Below are positions 28,886 through 38,755 of a stretch of 64,000 nucleotides of DNA, piece after piece. Source of the stretch: an uncultured Planctomycetota bacterium (GTDB lineage Bacteria > JAJVIF01 > JAPKYR01); the NCBI GenBank assembly GCA_964354375.1, contig CAYGZQ010000003.1, positions 50,040 to 114,039 of the forward strand, in the 5' to 3' direction. Positions within the stretch are counted from its first letter, which is position 1. Each line of letters begins with the position of its first letter. A program made the translations under genes and the position numbers. The notes beneath the pieces are model-generated. The model was not told the origin of the DNA and did no database searches. It saw only the letters and a list, made by a program, of their open reading frames with translations.

Positions 28886-30124
28886 CTAGATGATTACGAG
28901 TTCCGCCTGGAGTGCGCCGGAGGCTTCGAGAGCCTGGAAGATGGCGACGATGTCCCTCGGCGTCGCGCCCAGGGCATTCAGGGCCGTCACGAGGTCCGCC
29001 GACGTGATGCGCACGAACTGAGCGGGCGTTTCCTGGACCTCCACTCCGGCCCTGGGAATGGCCATGGAGAATCCGCCGCTGTAGGGTGGGGGCTGTCCGG
29101 CCTCGAAGGATTGAGTGACGGTAATCGACAATGCGCCGTGCGCAATCGCCACCGGAATTATCTGCACGCCCGCGCCCATGACTATCGTGCCGGTTCGCTC
29201 GTTGATGACCACCTTGTTCGCAATATCCGGTTGGATCGTAAGGTTCTCGATCTCCGAGATGAACCGCACGGTATCGTTTCTATACTCGTCGGGCACCCTG
29301 ATATTCACGCTTGCCGGGTCCTGGGCTTCCACGAGACGGATCGACGGGAATGCGGTCACGATGGCGTCCCTGAGACGGATCGCAGTGGTGAAATCAGGAT
29401 TCATCAGGACGAGAGTCACAATGTCGTCCTGCACGAAGCTGAAGTCGACCTCTGTTTCCACGTACGCCCCGTTAGGTATTCGGCCCACTGTGAGGAAATT
29501 CGTCTGACGTCGCGCTCCCGCCCCACCTGCCGCTCCGCCGGCGGTGCCGAATCCGGCAAGGCTTACCGGGCCCTGCGCGACCGCATAAATCTCGCCGTTC
29601 GCAGCCCTAAGCGGGGACATGATCAATGTTCCGCCCTGAAGGCTCTGGGCGTCGCCCATCGCCGATACGGTGATATCCACCGTGTCTCCCTCGCGCGCGA
29701 ACGCGGGGAGGTCACAGGTGATCATCACGAGCGCGAAGTTCTTGACCTTGATCCCGGTCGGATCGGTCGGCAATCCGGCGCGCTCGAGCAAGTTGGCGAT
29801 CGCCTGCGCTGTAAAGTCGACGGAAGACGCGTTGTCGCCGGTACCGGCAAGCCCGGTGACAAGGCCGATGCCGTAAAGCTGGTTCCCGCGCACCCCAAGA
29901 ACGCGGGCGATATCCTTCACCCTGACAAGCGGCGCCTCCGAGTAATAGATCGGTTCTGCGAACTCCCATACGTCGGGCGTCTGACCGGTGTCACTGGCGG
30001 CAGCATCCGGCGCAGGCGCGGCAGGAGGCGTTTCCTGTCCGAATGCAGCCAGGGGAGCCGCTCCCAGGATGATTATCAGAGTCAACCTGATGAGAGTGTC
30101 TGCTATCTGTTTGATCGAGCACAT
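28886..30124 (-). CDS. flgI: Flagellar P-ring protein FlgI
   Basis: RVKDIARVLGVRGNQLYGIGLVTGLAGTGD matches the FlgI signature; signal peptide from the internal start MCSIKQIADTLIRL. Confidence 0.85.
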   Translation of the reverse strand: MCSIKQIADTLIRLTLIIILGAAPLAAFGQETPPAAPAPDAAASDTGQTPDVWEFAEPIYYSEAPLVRVKDIARVLGVRGNQLYGIGLVTGLAGTGDNASSVDFTAQAIANLLERAGLPTDPTGIKVKNFALVMITCDLPAFAREGDTVDITVSAMGDAQSLQGGTLIMSPLRAANGEIYAVAQGPVSLAGFGTAGGAAGGAGARRQTNFLTVGRIPNGAYVETEVDFSFVQDDIVTLVLMNPDFTTAIRLRDAIVTAFPSIRLVEAQDPASVNIRVPDEYRNDTVRFISEIENLTIQPDIANKVVINERTGTIVMGAGVQIIPVAIAHGALSITVTQSFEAGQPPPYSGGFSMAIPRAGVEVQETPAQFVRITSADLVTALNALGATPRDIVAIFQALEASGALQAELVII

Positions 30125-30176
30125 TGCGTTGTCGAGTAGAGTCCTCTTTCCTGCTGTCCGTCGAAAGCTTCCGACG

Positions 30177-30800
30177 TCAGAAGAAGAAATTGAATATTCT
30201 GGACAGGATTCCGTCGTGCTGGCGGTCGGCGATGATTCCCTCGCCCTGGTAGAGGACTTCCATGTCGGCGATCTGGCTCGAAAGAATCGTGTTGTCGATC
30301 GTGACATCGTCCGGACGGATCACGCCTCGGATGGTCAGCTCAGCGGAATCCTTGGCAATCGTGATCGAACGCAGACCCTCGATGACGAGATTTCCGTTGG
30401 GAAGGATGTCCACAACCGTCGCGGTGACCTGGGTGGTGAACGTCCCGGCGGTCGACACTCTTCCGTCGCCCTGGAATGTCTCCTTCGGCGTGAAGGTCAG
30501 GTCTTCGATGGGGGCGATGGTCTCGGGCAGGTCGGCTATCCATTGCAGAAAACCCTTGACCGAGATCTGACCGTCGGTATTGAGGCTCTTGTCGGTTTCT
30601 GTCGACGCGCGGTTGGTCGCGGAGGTTGTTTCGGAGATCAGGATCGTGACAAGATCGCCGATCTGGGCCGCCCTGTCGCACGTTATCAGGTCGCAACCGT
30701 CCTCGTCGAAAAGGCTCGTGGCCGACGAGGGCAGGGGGACAAGAAGTCCCAGGACGATTATCATTGAGAAGATTAAATAGCGCATGTTTGCTTTCCTCAT
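30177..30800 (-). CDS. flgH: Flagellar L-ring protein FlgH
   Basis: Size, signal peptide, IGDLVTILISETTSA motif and position between flgA and flgI. Confidence 0.75.
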   Translation of the reverse strand: MRKANMRYLIFSMIIVLGLLVPLPSSATSLFDEDGCDLITCDRAAQIGDLVTILISETTSATNRASTETDKSLNTDGQISVKGFLQWIADLPETIAPIEDLTFTPKETFQGDGRVSTAGTFTTQVTATVVDILPNGNLVIEGLRSITIAKDSAELTIRGVIRPDDVTIDNTILSSQIADMEVLYQGEGIIADRQHDGILSRIFNFFF

Positions 30801-30820
30801 TGAACGAATAATGTGCCCAT

Positions 30821-31564
30821 CTAATCCTGAATATTTATTTCCGCCCTTGATTGTCCTGTGACAACGGCCGTTATGATCGCGTTGGAATCGGGGTTCCTCA
30901 CACGGATTTCCTCGCCGAGACGTCCCGAGTCGAGCGCGATGCCGTGCAGCGTGACCGTTGCGGCACCGATCGGAACGACGACGGTCACCGCATCGCCCCG
31001 AACCACCAGGATCGGCAGTTCCACCATGGCGCTTGTCAGCACCCGGCCCGCGGGGATGTCAGTGCGAGCCGCGAGGCCTGCGATCTCCTCGAAGCTCCGA
31101 TAGACGTCACCTGACGGAAGCTCCTTCACGTTGACGATCGTTTCCTCGACATCGTCTTCCGTCAGGACCTGCCCGCGCTCGATTTCTCTCGCGGCGGCAA
31201 CCGCGGGGACCGTGACTTTCAGATACGGGCCTGGATCGAAGCGAAGATACAGCGTGCCGTCGACGCGAACTTCCACCGAGACAGCGCCGATGTCCTTGAT
31301 GCCGTTGGGAGTGCGCTCGAGGACCGCCTGCACCTCGATCAGTCCGTCGCTGTAGACCGTTATGTCGCTGGGAGTCTGGTCGATCTCGACCGTGCAACCT
31401 GCAGAGGCCCATGGATCGCTTGTGAGCACCAGGTTCCGGGCGGCCTCCAGAAGCCAGCCCGAGTTAAGGGTCCGGGAACCGGACGCGTTCACCCGGCTGA
31501 GTCCCGTCAGCGCGCAGATCGTAACAAGTGCCGCCATGAATCTTATGAAAGGCTGACTGGTCAT
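30821..31564 (-). CDS. flgA: Flagellar basal-body P-ring formation protein FlgA
   Basis: Signal peptide, C-terminal SAF-like region (RVLTSAMVELPILVVRGD…IRVRNPDSNAII) and conserved gene order. Confidence 0.7.
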   Translation of the reverse strand: MTSQPFIRFMAALVTICALTGLSRVNASGSRTLNSGWLLEAARNLVLTSDPWASAGCTVEIDQTPSDITVYSDGLIEVQAVLERTPNGIKDIGAVSVEVRVDGTLYLRFDPGPYLKVTVPAVAAAREIERGQVLTEDDVEETIVNVKELPSGDVYRSFEEIAGLAARTDIPAGRVLTSAMVELPILVVRGDAVTVVVPIGAATVTLHGIALDSGRLGEEIRVRNPDSNAIITAVVTGQSRAEINIQD

Positions 31565-31830
31565 CTTGAATCATGCAAACTCTCCGGCGGTCCGCCGGAG
31601 CAGTGCTGGAAATATCAAAGGGGAGGGGAGAAGAGTTCCTTTAATTGTTTCTGTGGTGACGTGGGCGCCGCGCCTCCGGAACAGCCCGCTTCGCAACCCT
31701 CTCTTGCGAAGAAGCCGGATAATTTTTGCCCCTTGCGGCCGGGCCTCATCGCCCTTTATGGACTCTTCCCCCTCCCTGTGAAAGTCACTCGTCGTCTCTT
31801 GCTTTCGTCTTCACCTCCCCACGGTGAGAA

Positions 31831-32619
31831 TTATCGCGCAAGATTGTTGGAGATACTCAGGAGCTGATCCGCCACGCTCACAGCGCGGGAGTTGGTCTCA
31901 AACGCGCGCTGGGCGATGATGAGCTGGATCAATTCCTCGACGATTGACACATTGCTGGCCTCAATGAAGCCCTGGGCGATCTGGCCGAAACCTTCCTCGC
32001 CGGGAGTTCCGGTGACCGGGTCGCCCGAGGCGTCGGTCTGCCGGTAAAGGTTCTGGCCTATGGTTTCCAGACCTGCAGGGTTCTGGAACCTGACCAGTTG
32101 TATCTGCCCTACCTGCGTGAGGGTCGTGTCGCTGCCCACCTGCACCGACACGGTGCCGTCGCTCGCCACTTCGACACGCACGGCATCGGCCGGGATCGTG
32201 ATGGGCGGCTCGATATAGAGCCCGTCCGCGGTCACCACGTTACCCTCGGAGTCGAGCTTGAACGTTCCGTCACGCGTGTAGGCCGCCGATCCATCCGCCA
32301 GCGTGACCTGGAAAAACCCGTCGCCGCTGATCATCAGGTCCAACGGGTTCCCGGTCGACTGTGCGGCGCCAAGGAGGAAGATTTTCTGGGTCGCGATCGG
32401 CCTTACACCGTGACCAACCCTGAGGCTCGTGGGAACCATCGAACCGGTCAGGGTGCTCTGACCGGCCCTGCGGTAGGTCTGGTAGAGAAGGTCCTGGAAA
32501 TTCAGCCTGTCCCGCTTGAAGCCGGGAGTGTTCGCGTTCGCGATGTTATTCGCGATAACGTCGGTGTTCATCTGCTGGGCCTGCATGCCCGTTGCCGCCG
32601 TGAATAACGCTCGAATCAT
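31831..32619 (-). CDS. flgG: Flagellar basal-body rod protein FlgG
   Basis: MIRALFTAATGMQAQQMNTDVIANNIANANTPGFK N-terminus; C-terminal rod-protein motif. Confidence 0.85.
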   Translation of the reverse strand: MIRALFTAATGMQAQQMNTDVIANNIANANTPGFKRDRLNFQDLLYQTYRRAGQSTLTGSMVPTSLRVGHGVRPIATQKIFLLGAAQSTGNPLDLMISGDGFFQVTLADGSAAYTRDGTFKLDSEGNVVTADGLYIEPPITIPADAVRVEVASDGTVSVQVGSDTTLTQVGQIQLVRFQNPAGLETIGQNLYRQTDASGDPVTGTPGEEGFGQIAQGFIEASNVSIVEELIQLIIAQRAFETNSRAVSVADQLLSISNNLAR

Positions 32620-32664
32620 GCTTAACTGCCCTCGCTTAGTGCCGCAACCGCATCCATCCGCGTC

Positions 32665-32763
32665 CTAGTACGGGACGAACGCGGTTGCCAGGTAGAGAAC
32701 CAGCAGAACGACCCACAGACATAGGTCCCCAAGGTCGTCCCGCATTCGTCGGAGCATCAACAT
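32665..32763 (-). CDS. Putative 32-aa hydrophobic peptide (MLMLRRMRDDLGDLCLWVVLLVLYLATAFVPY) between flgF and flgG
   Basis: ATG preceded by GGAGGAA. It is below the ORF-track size cut-off and lies in the only intergenic gap of the rod/ring operon. Confidence 0.35.
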   Translation of the reverse strand: MLMLRRMRDDLGDLCLWVVLLVLYLATAFVPY

Positions 32764-32854
32764 CGGGTTCCTCCTGTATCTGTTCTGTTCTCGCTAATCC
32801 TCATTCTCCCCCCAACCCGGTCGACTGATGTTGATTATTGATTTACAGATCCAC

Positions 32855-33646
32855 CTAACCCGGTAACCTGCCCAGCTCGTTGCTTACGCGATTGAGACTC
32901 TGGTTAAACATATCGACAGCTCTCGCCGCAGCTTCATAGGACCGTTGCGCCGAAATGAGCTGCACGAGGGAATCTATGGCGTTCACATTGCTGCCCTCGA
33001 TCACACCCTGCTCGATTGTGGAGTTGAGCGCGTCGAAGGGGGGCGCCGAGGTCGGGTCCACAGTTCTGAAAAACGTCGAGCCCTCTTTCTCGATCAAGCT
33101 TATGTCGGGGAATTCGACGATCCTGAGCATGCCCACCGGGAGACTGTCCTGAGTTATCTCGCCGTTCTGCCTGATGATTATCGGCGAGGGCGACGTGATT
33201 AAGATGGGCTGACGGTTAGAGCCCTGGACCGCATAGCCGGACTGGTTCACGATCCTGCCCTGGCTGTCCAGCATGAAGCTGCCGGCTCGCGTGTAGCGCT
33301 CTCCCTGCGGAGTATCGACGACGAAGAAGCCCGGACCCTTGAGGTAGAGATCGAGCGGATTGCCGGTGGTCTTGGGCACACCCTGGGAGAAATCAACGTA
33401 TTCGCTTTCAGCGATGGGCCCTCCGAGGTTCATCCATCCCACCCTGGGCGGGATGGCCTTCATCCGCAGAGGCGGTTCGGGCGGAGACTCGAGCCGCGAC
33501 ATCAGCATGTCCCCGAACGACCTCATCGCGATTCGGTCGCCCTTGAACCCGTCGGTGGAGACGTTCGCAAGGTTGTTCGCCACCGTCTCAACTTCATGAG
33601 CGCGGTAGCGCATTGCGTTCGCAGCAGCGTAAAGACCTCGAAGCAT
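32855..33646 (-). CDS. flgF: Flagellar basal-body rod protein FlgF
   Basis: Start is the internal Met MLRGLYAAANAMRY (rod-protein N-motif, ANNLANVSTDGFK); the ORF-track N-extension is discarded. Confidence 0.75.
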   Translation of the reverse strand: MLRGLYAAANAMRYRAHEVETVANNLANVSTDGFKGDRIAMRSFGDMLMSRLESPPEPPLRMKAIPPRVGWMNLGGPIAESEYVDFSQGVPKTTGNPLDLYLKGPGFFVVDTPQGERYTRAGSFMLDSQGRIVNQSGYAVQGSNRQPILITSPSPIIIRQNGEITQDSLPVGMLRIVEFPDISLIEKEGSTFFRTVDPTSAPPFDALNSTIEQGVIEGSNVNAIDSLVQLISAQRSYEAAARAVDMFNQSLNRVSNELGRLPG

Positions 33647-33779
33647 AGGAGAACACCGGACCTGGGGGCGATTCTTCTCGCCCATTCTGTTTATCGGAAA
33701 GAGAGTGGGGGGCTGAACGAGGAACGGGATGCAAGAGGCGGGAAAAGTGGACCCGAATGGCCTCCGGCTTCCGATGAAA

Positions 33780-34184
33780 CTACCTTCTTCTGCGACGCAT
33801 CTGAAGACGTGGTTTTCTTTGGCTACCGCTCGCCCAGATCTCGGCCTTGGACCGATCGCCGTATTTGTTCTGCATGGAAGCGTGTCGTTTCTTCGCCGAC
33901 GCGGAGCCGGCAATGTCGTAAATGAGATAAACCGGAAGGCCCCAGAAGTGAAAGACCGAGAAGAAGGCCCACCAGAAATACATGTTGCCGTGCTTCCGAC
34001 CCAGGATTTCGGCGAACACCCTGGTAAGCAGGAACCATGTTGCGGAGCCGAAGATCGCGAGCACGGGCCAGGCGGCGTTGTCGAAATCGAGCGGATGGTA
34101 CAGGCGAGCTTTGTTTATCAGCCAGTAGACCGGATGATAGTAGATCATGTAGATATAAATGAAACGCCAGACCGAGTACCACAT
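33780..34184 (-). CDS. Small multi-pass membrane protein (~134 aa), unknown function
   Basis: Start MWYSVWRFIYIYMIYY with RBS AGAGGA; 3-4 predicted TM helices. Confidence 0.5.
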   Translation of the reverse strand: MWYSVWRFIYIYMIYYHPVYWLINKARLYHPLDFDNAAWPVLAIFGSATWFLLTRVFAEILGRKHGNMYFWWAFFSVFHFWGLPVYLIYDIAGSASAKKRHASMQNKYGDRSKAEIWASGSQRKPRLQMRRRRR

Positions 34185-34315
34185 AACTGTGTTTTCCTCT
34201 GCTCCAAGCCTGCTTATACCATCGGTACGTCCCCGGTGAAATTCATAAGCCACTGTGACCGAAAAAAACGGGCTCGACAAAAGCCCGTCAATATTCGCGC
34301 GATCTCGTCCACTTG

Positions 34316-35311
34316 CTACTCGCTGGTCACATTTATGATTATTTCCGCCGAGTCGCTTGCGCCCTTGTTGTCCTCGACCGTGCATGTGATCTTGCATGAT
34401 GCGGCCTCATCGGGGGCGCGCCAGACCGCGACGTTTTCGTTCACCGAGTTGAACGTGCCCTTGTCCGCAGTCCAGTTGTACTCGAGCGGGTCGTTGTCAT
34501 CGTCGGTGACCTCGAGAGTTATCGTTACGAGCTGGTTCAGTGTCACGCTGTTGCCGGGATTGAGGTCCCATCCCTGTACGACAGGGGCATGATTTTCCTG
34601 CACGATGACGGGGATGATCCTCGACACGTTTCCGCCCGCCTGATCCGAGACAATGAGCGTGATCTGGAAGCTGCCGGGTGCAGGGCTCAGCCACTTCGCC
34701 TCGCCTTCTCCCTCGGACGTGAAGTAGCCTCCGCTCGCTTGCCACTCGTATTCAAGCGGAAGGTTCCCATCCGGATCGTTCGCCTCAACCGTGACGGTCA
34801 CCTCTTCATTCACGAAGGGGTTGTTGTTGGAAATCTCGAGTCCGGTTATCACCGGCTGCTTGTTTGCGTTCACCTCGACCACCACGGTCTCCTGCGACGG
34901 GGTGCCGTAGTAATCGCGGACCTCCACAAGGAAACGGTAGAAGCCGGTCACGGACGGGGCGGTCCAGATGCACGGGTTCTCGTCAAGGACTATGAAGAAA
35001 TCATTGGGGTTGAACGTGCCCGTCCCACCCCCGACTCTCTCCACGGCCCACGTGAACGAGTACCAGGCCTGGTCGGGATTCTCCCCTGCATCCGGGTCCG
35101 TGTAACTTACCTTGATGGTGAGGACACTGCCGGGCTCCATCTGCAGCGTGCCGGCGGGAACCGCTGCGGTGCCCTCCACCGTGAAATCGAAACCCTGGAT
35201 GATCACGGGCCTGTTTGTGTTCTCGGCCGTCTTGTCGCAGGACGCGACCATCAAGGTCAAAACGGCTGGAGCGATGACCCACAGCATCCGTCTCAGGACA
35301 CAATCTCGCAT
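34316..35311 (-). CDS. Lipoprotein with three Ig-like/PKD-like repeats
   Basis: Signal with lipobox (…LMVASCDKT). Roughly 90-aa repeats each contain DPDG(N/D)…LEYEW…G.F. Confidence 0.65.
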   Translation of the reverse strand: MRDCVLRRMLWVIAPAVLTLMVASCDKTAENTNRPVIIQGFDFTVEGTAAVPAGTLQMEPGSVLTIKVSYTDPDAGENPDQAWYSFTWAVERVGGGTGTFNPNDFFIVLDENPCIWTAPSVTGFYRFLVEVRDYYGTPSQETVVVEVNANKQPVITGLEISNNNPFVNEEVTVTVEANDPDGNLPLEYEWQASGGYFTSEGEGEAKWLSPAPGSFQITLIVSDQAGGNVSRIIPVIVQENHAPVVQGWDLNPGNSVTLNQLVTITLEVTDDDNDPLEYNWTADKGTFNSVNENVAVWRAPDEAASCKITCTVEDNKGASDSAEIIINVTSE

Positions 35312-35359
35312 CTCGTCTCTTTCCTCCGGTGCAAGTGAATGAACTACAAGTCAGACGAA

Positions 35360-37906
35360 CTATCCAATGTCATAAATGTCCGGACTCGAAATGCGCTGAT
35401 CCTGCGGTGTGGACTCGGGCTGAGTCTGCTCTTCGCCGGAGTCCTCAGTGTCTGAGGCCCCGCCGTCCGAACCCTCAGCCCCTCCTTGATCGCCGCCCTC
35501 CGAAGTTGAATCGATGGGCCGGCCGGTCTCAGGGTCAATCTCGGTAGGACCGACAACAGCGGGTTCCTCTGCGCCGGGCAACTTGAACAGATCGATGGGC
35601 TCGAATGCAGGCTGCTGATCGAGCCACCGGATCGTCTCGGCGAGGCCCGTCAGCAGCGGATTGGCCCTGGTCAGCGCAAGGTAGTTTATCGTATGCCAGG
35701 CAAGCTCAGGCTTGTCAAAACTCTCATCGGGAATGGGGAATGACGGGACGAGAAGCCTTCTGCCGGCCCAGACGTCGTGCACCTCGAGGCTGTTGATCTG
35801 CCGCAGGTAGGCAATCAGGAACGCTTCGGCATGATAGCGGGCGGACTGCGCATCCATGTCCGGCGGAATCTCTATTCCGGCCATCATGCGAAGGTTGTCC
35901 ACCATGCGAAGCTTCCTCACGACCTGCAAAAGCGTGAGCATCACCGGATCGTTCGCCGAGTACGCAACGATCTGATCCTCCGGCACGGTCGGTTTCCCCG
36001 ATGTGATGTCGATTCCCCTGAGGTCCACGGTCTTCAGTATGTATTCGCCGGGGAAAAGGACATTGTCGAGGTTGTCCAGGACATCCGTGCCGATGGGCAG
36101 GAGGTACGGGTCCACTATGCGGTACGGATTTGTCTCGCCGCTGTACGACCTCGGAGTGGCTTCCTCGGCCACGTGAGGAGTTATGACTATTATGATCTCC
36201 GTGCGGTCCTTGATCTGGCGCGTGCGACGGAAAGCTGAGCCGATCAGAGGAAGGTCGCCCAGTATCGGAATCTTGTAAGTCCTGGTTTCAAGCTCAGTCG
36301 AGATCAGCCCGCCCAGGATCAGTGATTGATGATTGGGGATTCGGACGATGGTCGAGACCTCGCGCGTATTCAATTGCGGGGCCACGAGGCTGAGCTCGCT
36401 GACCACGTTGTTGAGTGTCTCGACATTCGAGACCACCGCGTTGACCTGCATCTGCACCTCGTCCCCGCCCTGACCGATCCTGGGCTTGATGTTGAGGGTT
36501 ATTCCGACCGGGACGAAGTTGATGTTGAAAACGCTGCGGTTGTCGCCGGTCTGTGTCTCCTGCACGACGGGGACCTGTCGGCCGATGGTGATAATGGCCT
36601 GCCTGCCGTCCACAGTCACGACCTTCGGCCTTGCACGCACGGTTGCTTTTCCGTCCAGGATCAGGGCAGCCAGGGCCGCGCTGAAGCTTCCTGCGGGCTC
36701 ACCAGCATCGTCGTACGTAAAGAAATTCCCGCCACCCGCGCCGCCGCTGCCCGACGAACTCCCGCTTTCGCCCGGAAACACCGGGTTCACCGTTCCGGAC
36801 AGGATGTCGTCCAGCCCCGAAACCTGCCTGAGACCCAGGTCCGACATATCGTCCACGTTGAGCTCGATCACCTGCGCCTCGATCAGAACCTGCCTCGCCG
36901 GAACGTCGATCAGCGCAAGAAACTGCTCCAGTGATGCCATCTCGGACGAGGTCCCGAACACGATCAGCTTGTTGATGTCGGTCGTGGCGACAGGATTCTC
37001 GAACGACAGCACGCTGAACTGGTTGCCCTGGATGCCTCCTCCGCCGCCCTCGGTGAAGCGCGTCGACAGCTCGTTTGCCGTCGAGTTCACCTGCGGAGCA
37101 GCATAGATGATCGGTCCCGCACCCGACTGGAGCGCGGTCAATACCGCCTGGTCGGTTCCCGTGGTTGTGTTGACCGCATTGAATCCGGCGGCCTTCAGGC
37201 TGTTTATGGCTTCATCCACCTGCAGGTAGTACAGGTTGACTACGTGAAATGTCCGCATGCTGACAGGCTGATCGATCGTGACCAGAAGGTTCTTGACGGA
37301 GCCGATGAGCCCCTGCTCGTTGGACGTCGCCCGTATATAAACCTGGTATCCCTGGTACCCCAGCGGCTGCACATTGAACGCCTGCACGGCCGCTTCCATG
37401 TTCGGGATGTAGAACGTGACCTGGCCCGCGCCCTCAGCGTTCCTTGCGTAGATTATGAAATTGTCCGACGAGGGCGTGAGTTTCACCATCCCGATGAAAT
37501 TGTTCATGATCTCGTCGAGCTTCACTGCGAATTCGCTCGGGGAGAGATTTCTGACCGTGAAGGAATCGATGAGTTCCGGCGGAGGCGGCGCCGGAGGCTG
37601 CGGGGGAGGATCGATGGTCTGGAGAATCTCCTTGGCGATGTCGATGAGGTCCCTCGGTCCCTGTAACACTATCCTGTCGCTGACGGACGCGATGGTCGTG
37701 ATGACAAGGTCGTCGCGGCTGATCCCCACAAGTTCCAGATTCGCGTAGAGTTGGAGGATGGCCTCTTCCTGGCTCAGGTTGTAGATCGGGACGAATTCCA
37801 TGTCCCGCTCGGTGTCCTGCGCCTGGGCCGCAGAAAGCCCGGCCAGAAATAACAGGCAAAGGCACACACCTAGAGTGCGCCTGAATCGGGCGACCGATAC
37901 CTTCAT
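35360..37906 (-). CDS. Secretin (GspD/PilQ family) with a ~250-aa acidic C-terminal extension
   Basis: Secretin signature ILGDLPLIGSAFRRTRQIKDRTEIIIVITPHV. Signal peptide from start MKVSVARFRRTLGVCLCLLFLAGLSAAQA (RBS GAAGGAG). Confidence 0.8.
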   Translation of the reverse strand: MKVSVARFRRTLGVCLCLLFLAGLSAAQAQDTERDMEFVPIYNLSQEEAILQLYANLELVGISRDDLVITTIASVSDRIVLQGPRDLIDIAKEILQTIDPPPQPPAPPPPELIDSFTVRNLSPSEFAVKLDEIMNNFIGMVKLTPSSDNFIIYARNAEGAGQVTFYIPNMEAAVQAFNVQPLGYQGYQVYIRATSNEQGLIGSVKNLLVTIDQPVSMRTFHVVNLYYLQVDEAINSLKAAGFNAVNTTTGTDQAVLTALQSGAGPIIYAAPQVNSTANELSTRFTEGGGGGIQGNQFSVLSFENPVATTDINKLIVFGTSSEMASLEQFLALIDVPARQVLIEAQVIELNVDDMSDLGLRQVSGLDDILSGTVNPVFPGESGSSSGSGGAGGGNFFTYDDAGEPAGSFSAALAALILDGKATVRARPKVVTVDGRQAIITIGRQVPVVQETQTGDNRSVFNINFVPVGITLNIKPRIGQGGDEVQMQVNAVVSNVETLNNVVSELSLVAPQLNTREVSTIVRIPNHQSLILGGLISTELETRTYKIPILGDLPLIGSAFRRTRQIKDRTEIIIVITPHVAEEATPRSYSGETNPYRIVDPYLLPIGTDVLDNLDNVLFPGEYILKTVDLRGIDITSGKPTVPEDQIVAYSANDPVMLTLLQVVRKLRMVDNLRMMAGIEIPPDMDAQSARYHAEAFLIAYLRQINSLEVHDVWAGRRLLVPSFPIPDESFDKPELAWHTINYLALTRANPLLTGLAETIRWLDQQPAFEPIDLFKLPGAEEPAVVGPTEIDPETGRPIDSTSEGGDQGGAEGSDGGASDTEDSGEEQTQPESTPQDQRISSPDIYDIG

Positions 37907-38067
37907 CGCCTTGACTCCTTCTCTTCTGATTCCGCCAAAGAGACTACTGGAAGATACAGATCCCTGGCCAACCAATAATATCATCTTTCTCCTCCGGTTC
38001 ATGAACTAATAGGATTGATTTTCCGCCGATTTTGACCGTTTTCCTGCTACCCTGTACAATCGGCGCT

Positions 38068-38709
38068 ATGCAAGAACCGCAACCGTCCCCGAAAGCCTCC
38101 CTGGGGCCGATCCTGTATCTCGTCCGTCATGGCGAGACTGAATACAACAGGAAAAGGATTTTCCAGGGCCGCAGCGACATCCCTCTCAATGACCGCGGGA
38201 TCGAGCAGGCCTGCGCCCTGAGGGAGCTTTTGGTTCCTGTTCCCCTGACTCGAGCTTTCGTCTCTCCGCTTGACAGGGCGAAGAGAACCGCAGCCATTAT
38301 CTTAGAAGACAGAGAAGTGCCTCAAACGGTTGAGGAAAGGCTCACGGAAATTTTCTTTGGGGAGTGGGAGGGTACGCCTGAGGAGACCGTCAAGCTGACA
38401 TGGGTCGAGGACTACATGGACTATCGGAACGACATGTCCCGCTTCCGTCCCCGGAACGGGGAGAGCGCTTTGGAGGCACAGAGACGTTCGGGCGAATGGT
38501 GGGACGAAATCTCAATCCGGTACTCCTCACCCGATGAACACATCCTGGTCGTCTCTCACCAGTCGCTGAATGCGGTCCTCGCGTGCTATGTCGCAGGGGT
38601 CCATCTCAAGGACGCCTGGCAGGTCTTCAAGACGAAGCCCGGGGAAGTGATGAAAATCATGCCGGGCAGATTCCCCCAGATCAGCCGGATGATTCCCGAT
38701 ATAGGGTAG
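38068..38709 (+). CDS. Histidine phosphatase family protein (phosphoglycerate mutase-like)
   Basis: LVRHGETEYN…RG.EQA catalytic-core motif. ATG 38068 is preferred over TTG 38032. Confidence 0.75.
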   Translation: MQEPQPSPKASLGPILYLVRHGETEYNRKRIFQGRSDIPLNDRGIEQACALRELLVPVPLTRAFVSPLDRAKRTAAIILEDREVPQTVEERLTEIFFGEWEGTPEETVKLTWVEDYMDYRNDMSRFRPRNGESALEAQRRSGEWWDEISIRYSSPDEHILVVSHQSLNAVLACYVAGVHLKDAWQVFKTKPGEVMKIMPGRFPQISRMIPDIG

Positions 38710-38755
38710 TTGCGCTCGGGGCTGTTGAGATTCTCATCTAAGCGAGTCACCCTCA

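Noticed and set aside
30125-30307. N-terminal extensions of the flgI ORF, and likewise of flgF (33647..33913), the secretin (37907..38002), the CarboxypepD_reg gene (28688..28798), 16025..16216 and 33780..34397
   Set aside because: The extensions are Arg/Ser-rich with no features. Internal Met codons directly precede signal peptides or conserved N-terminal motifs and mostly have RBS-like sequences.
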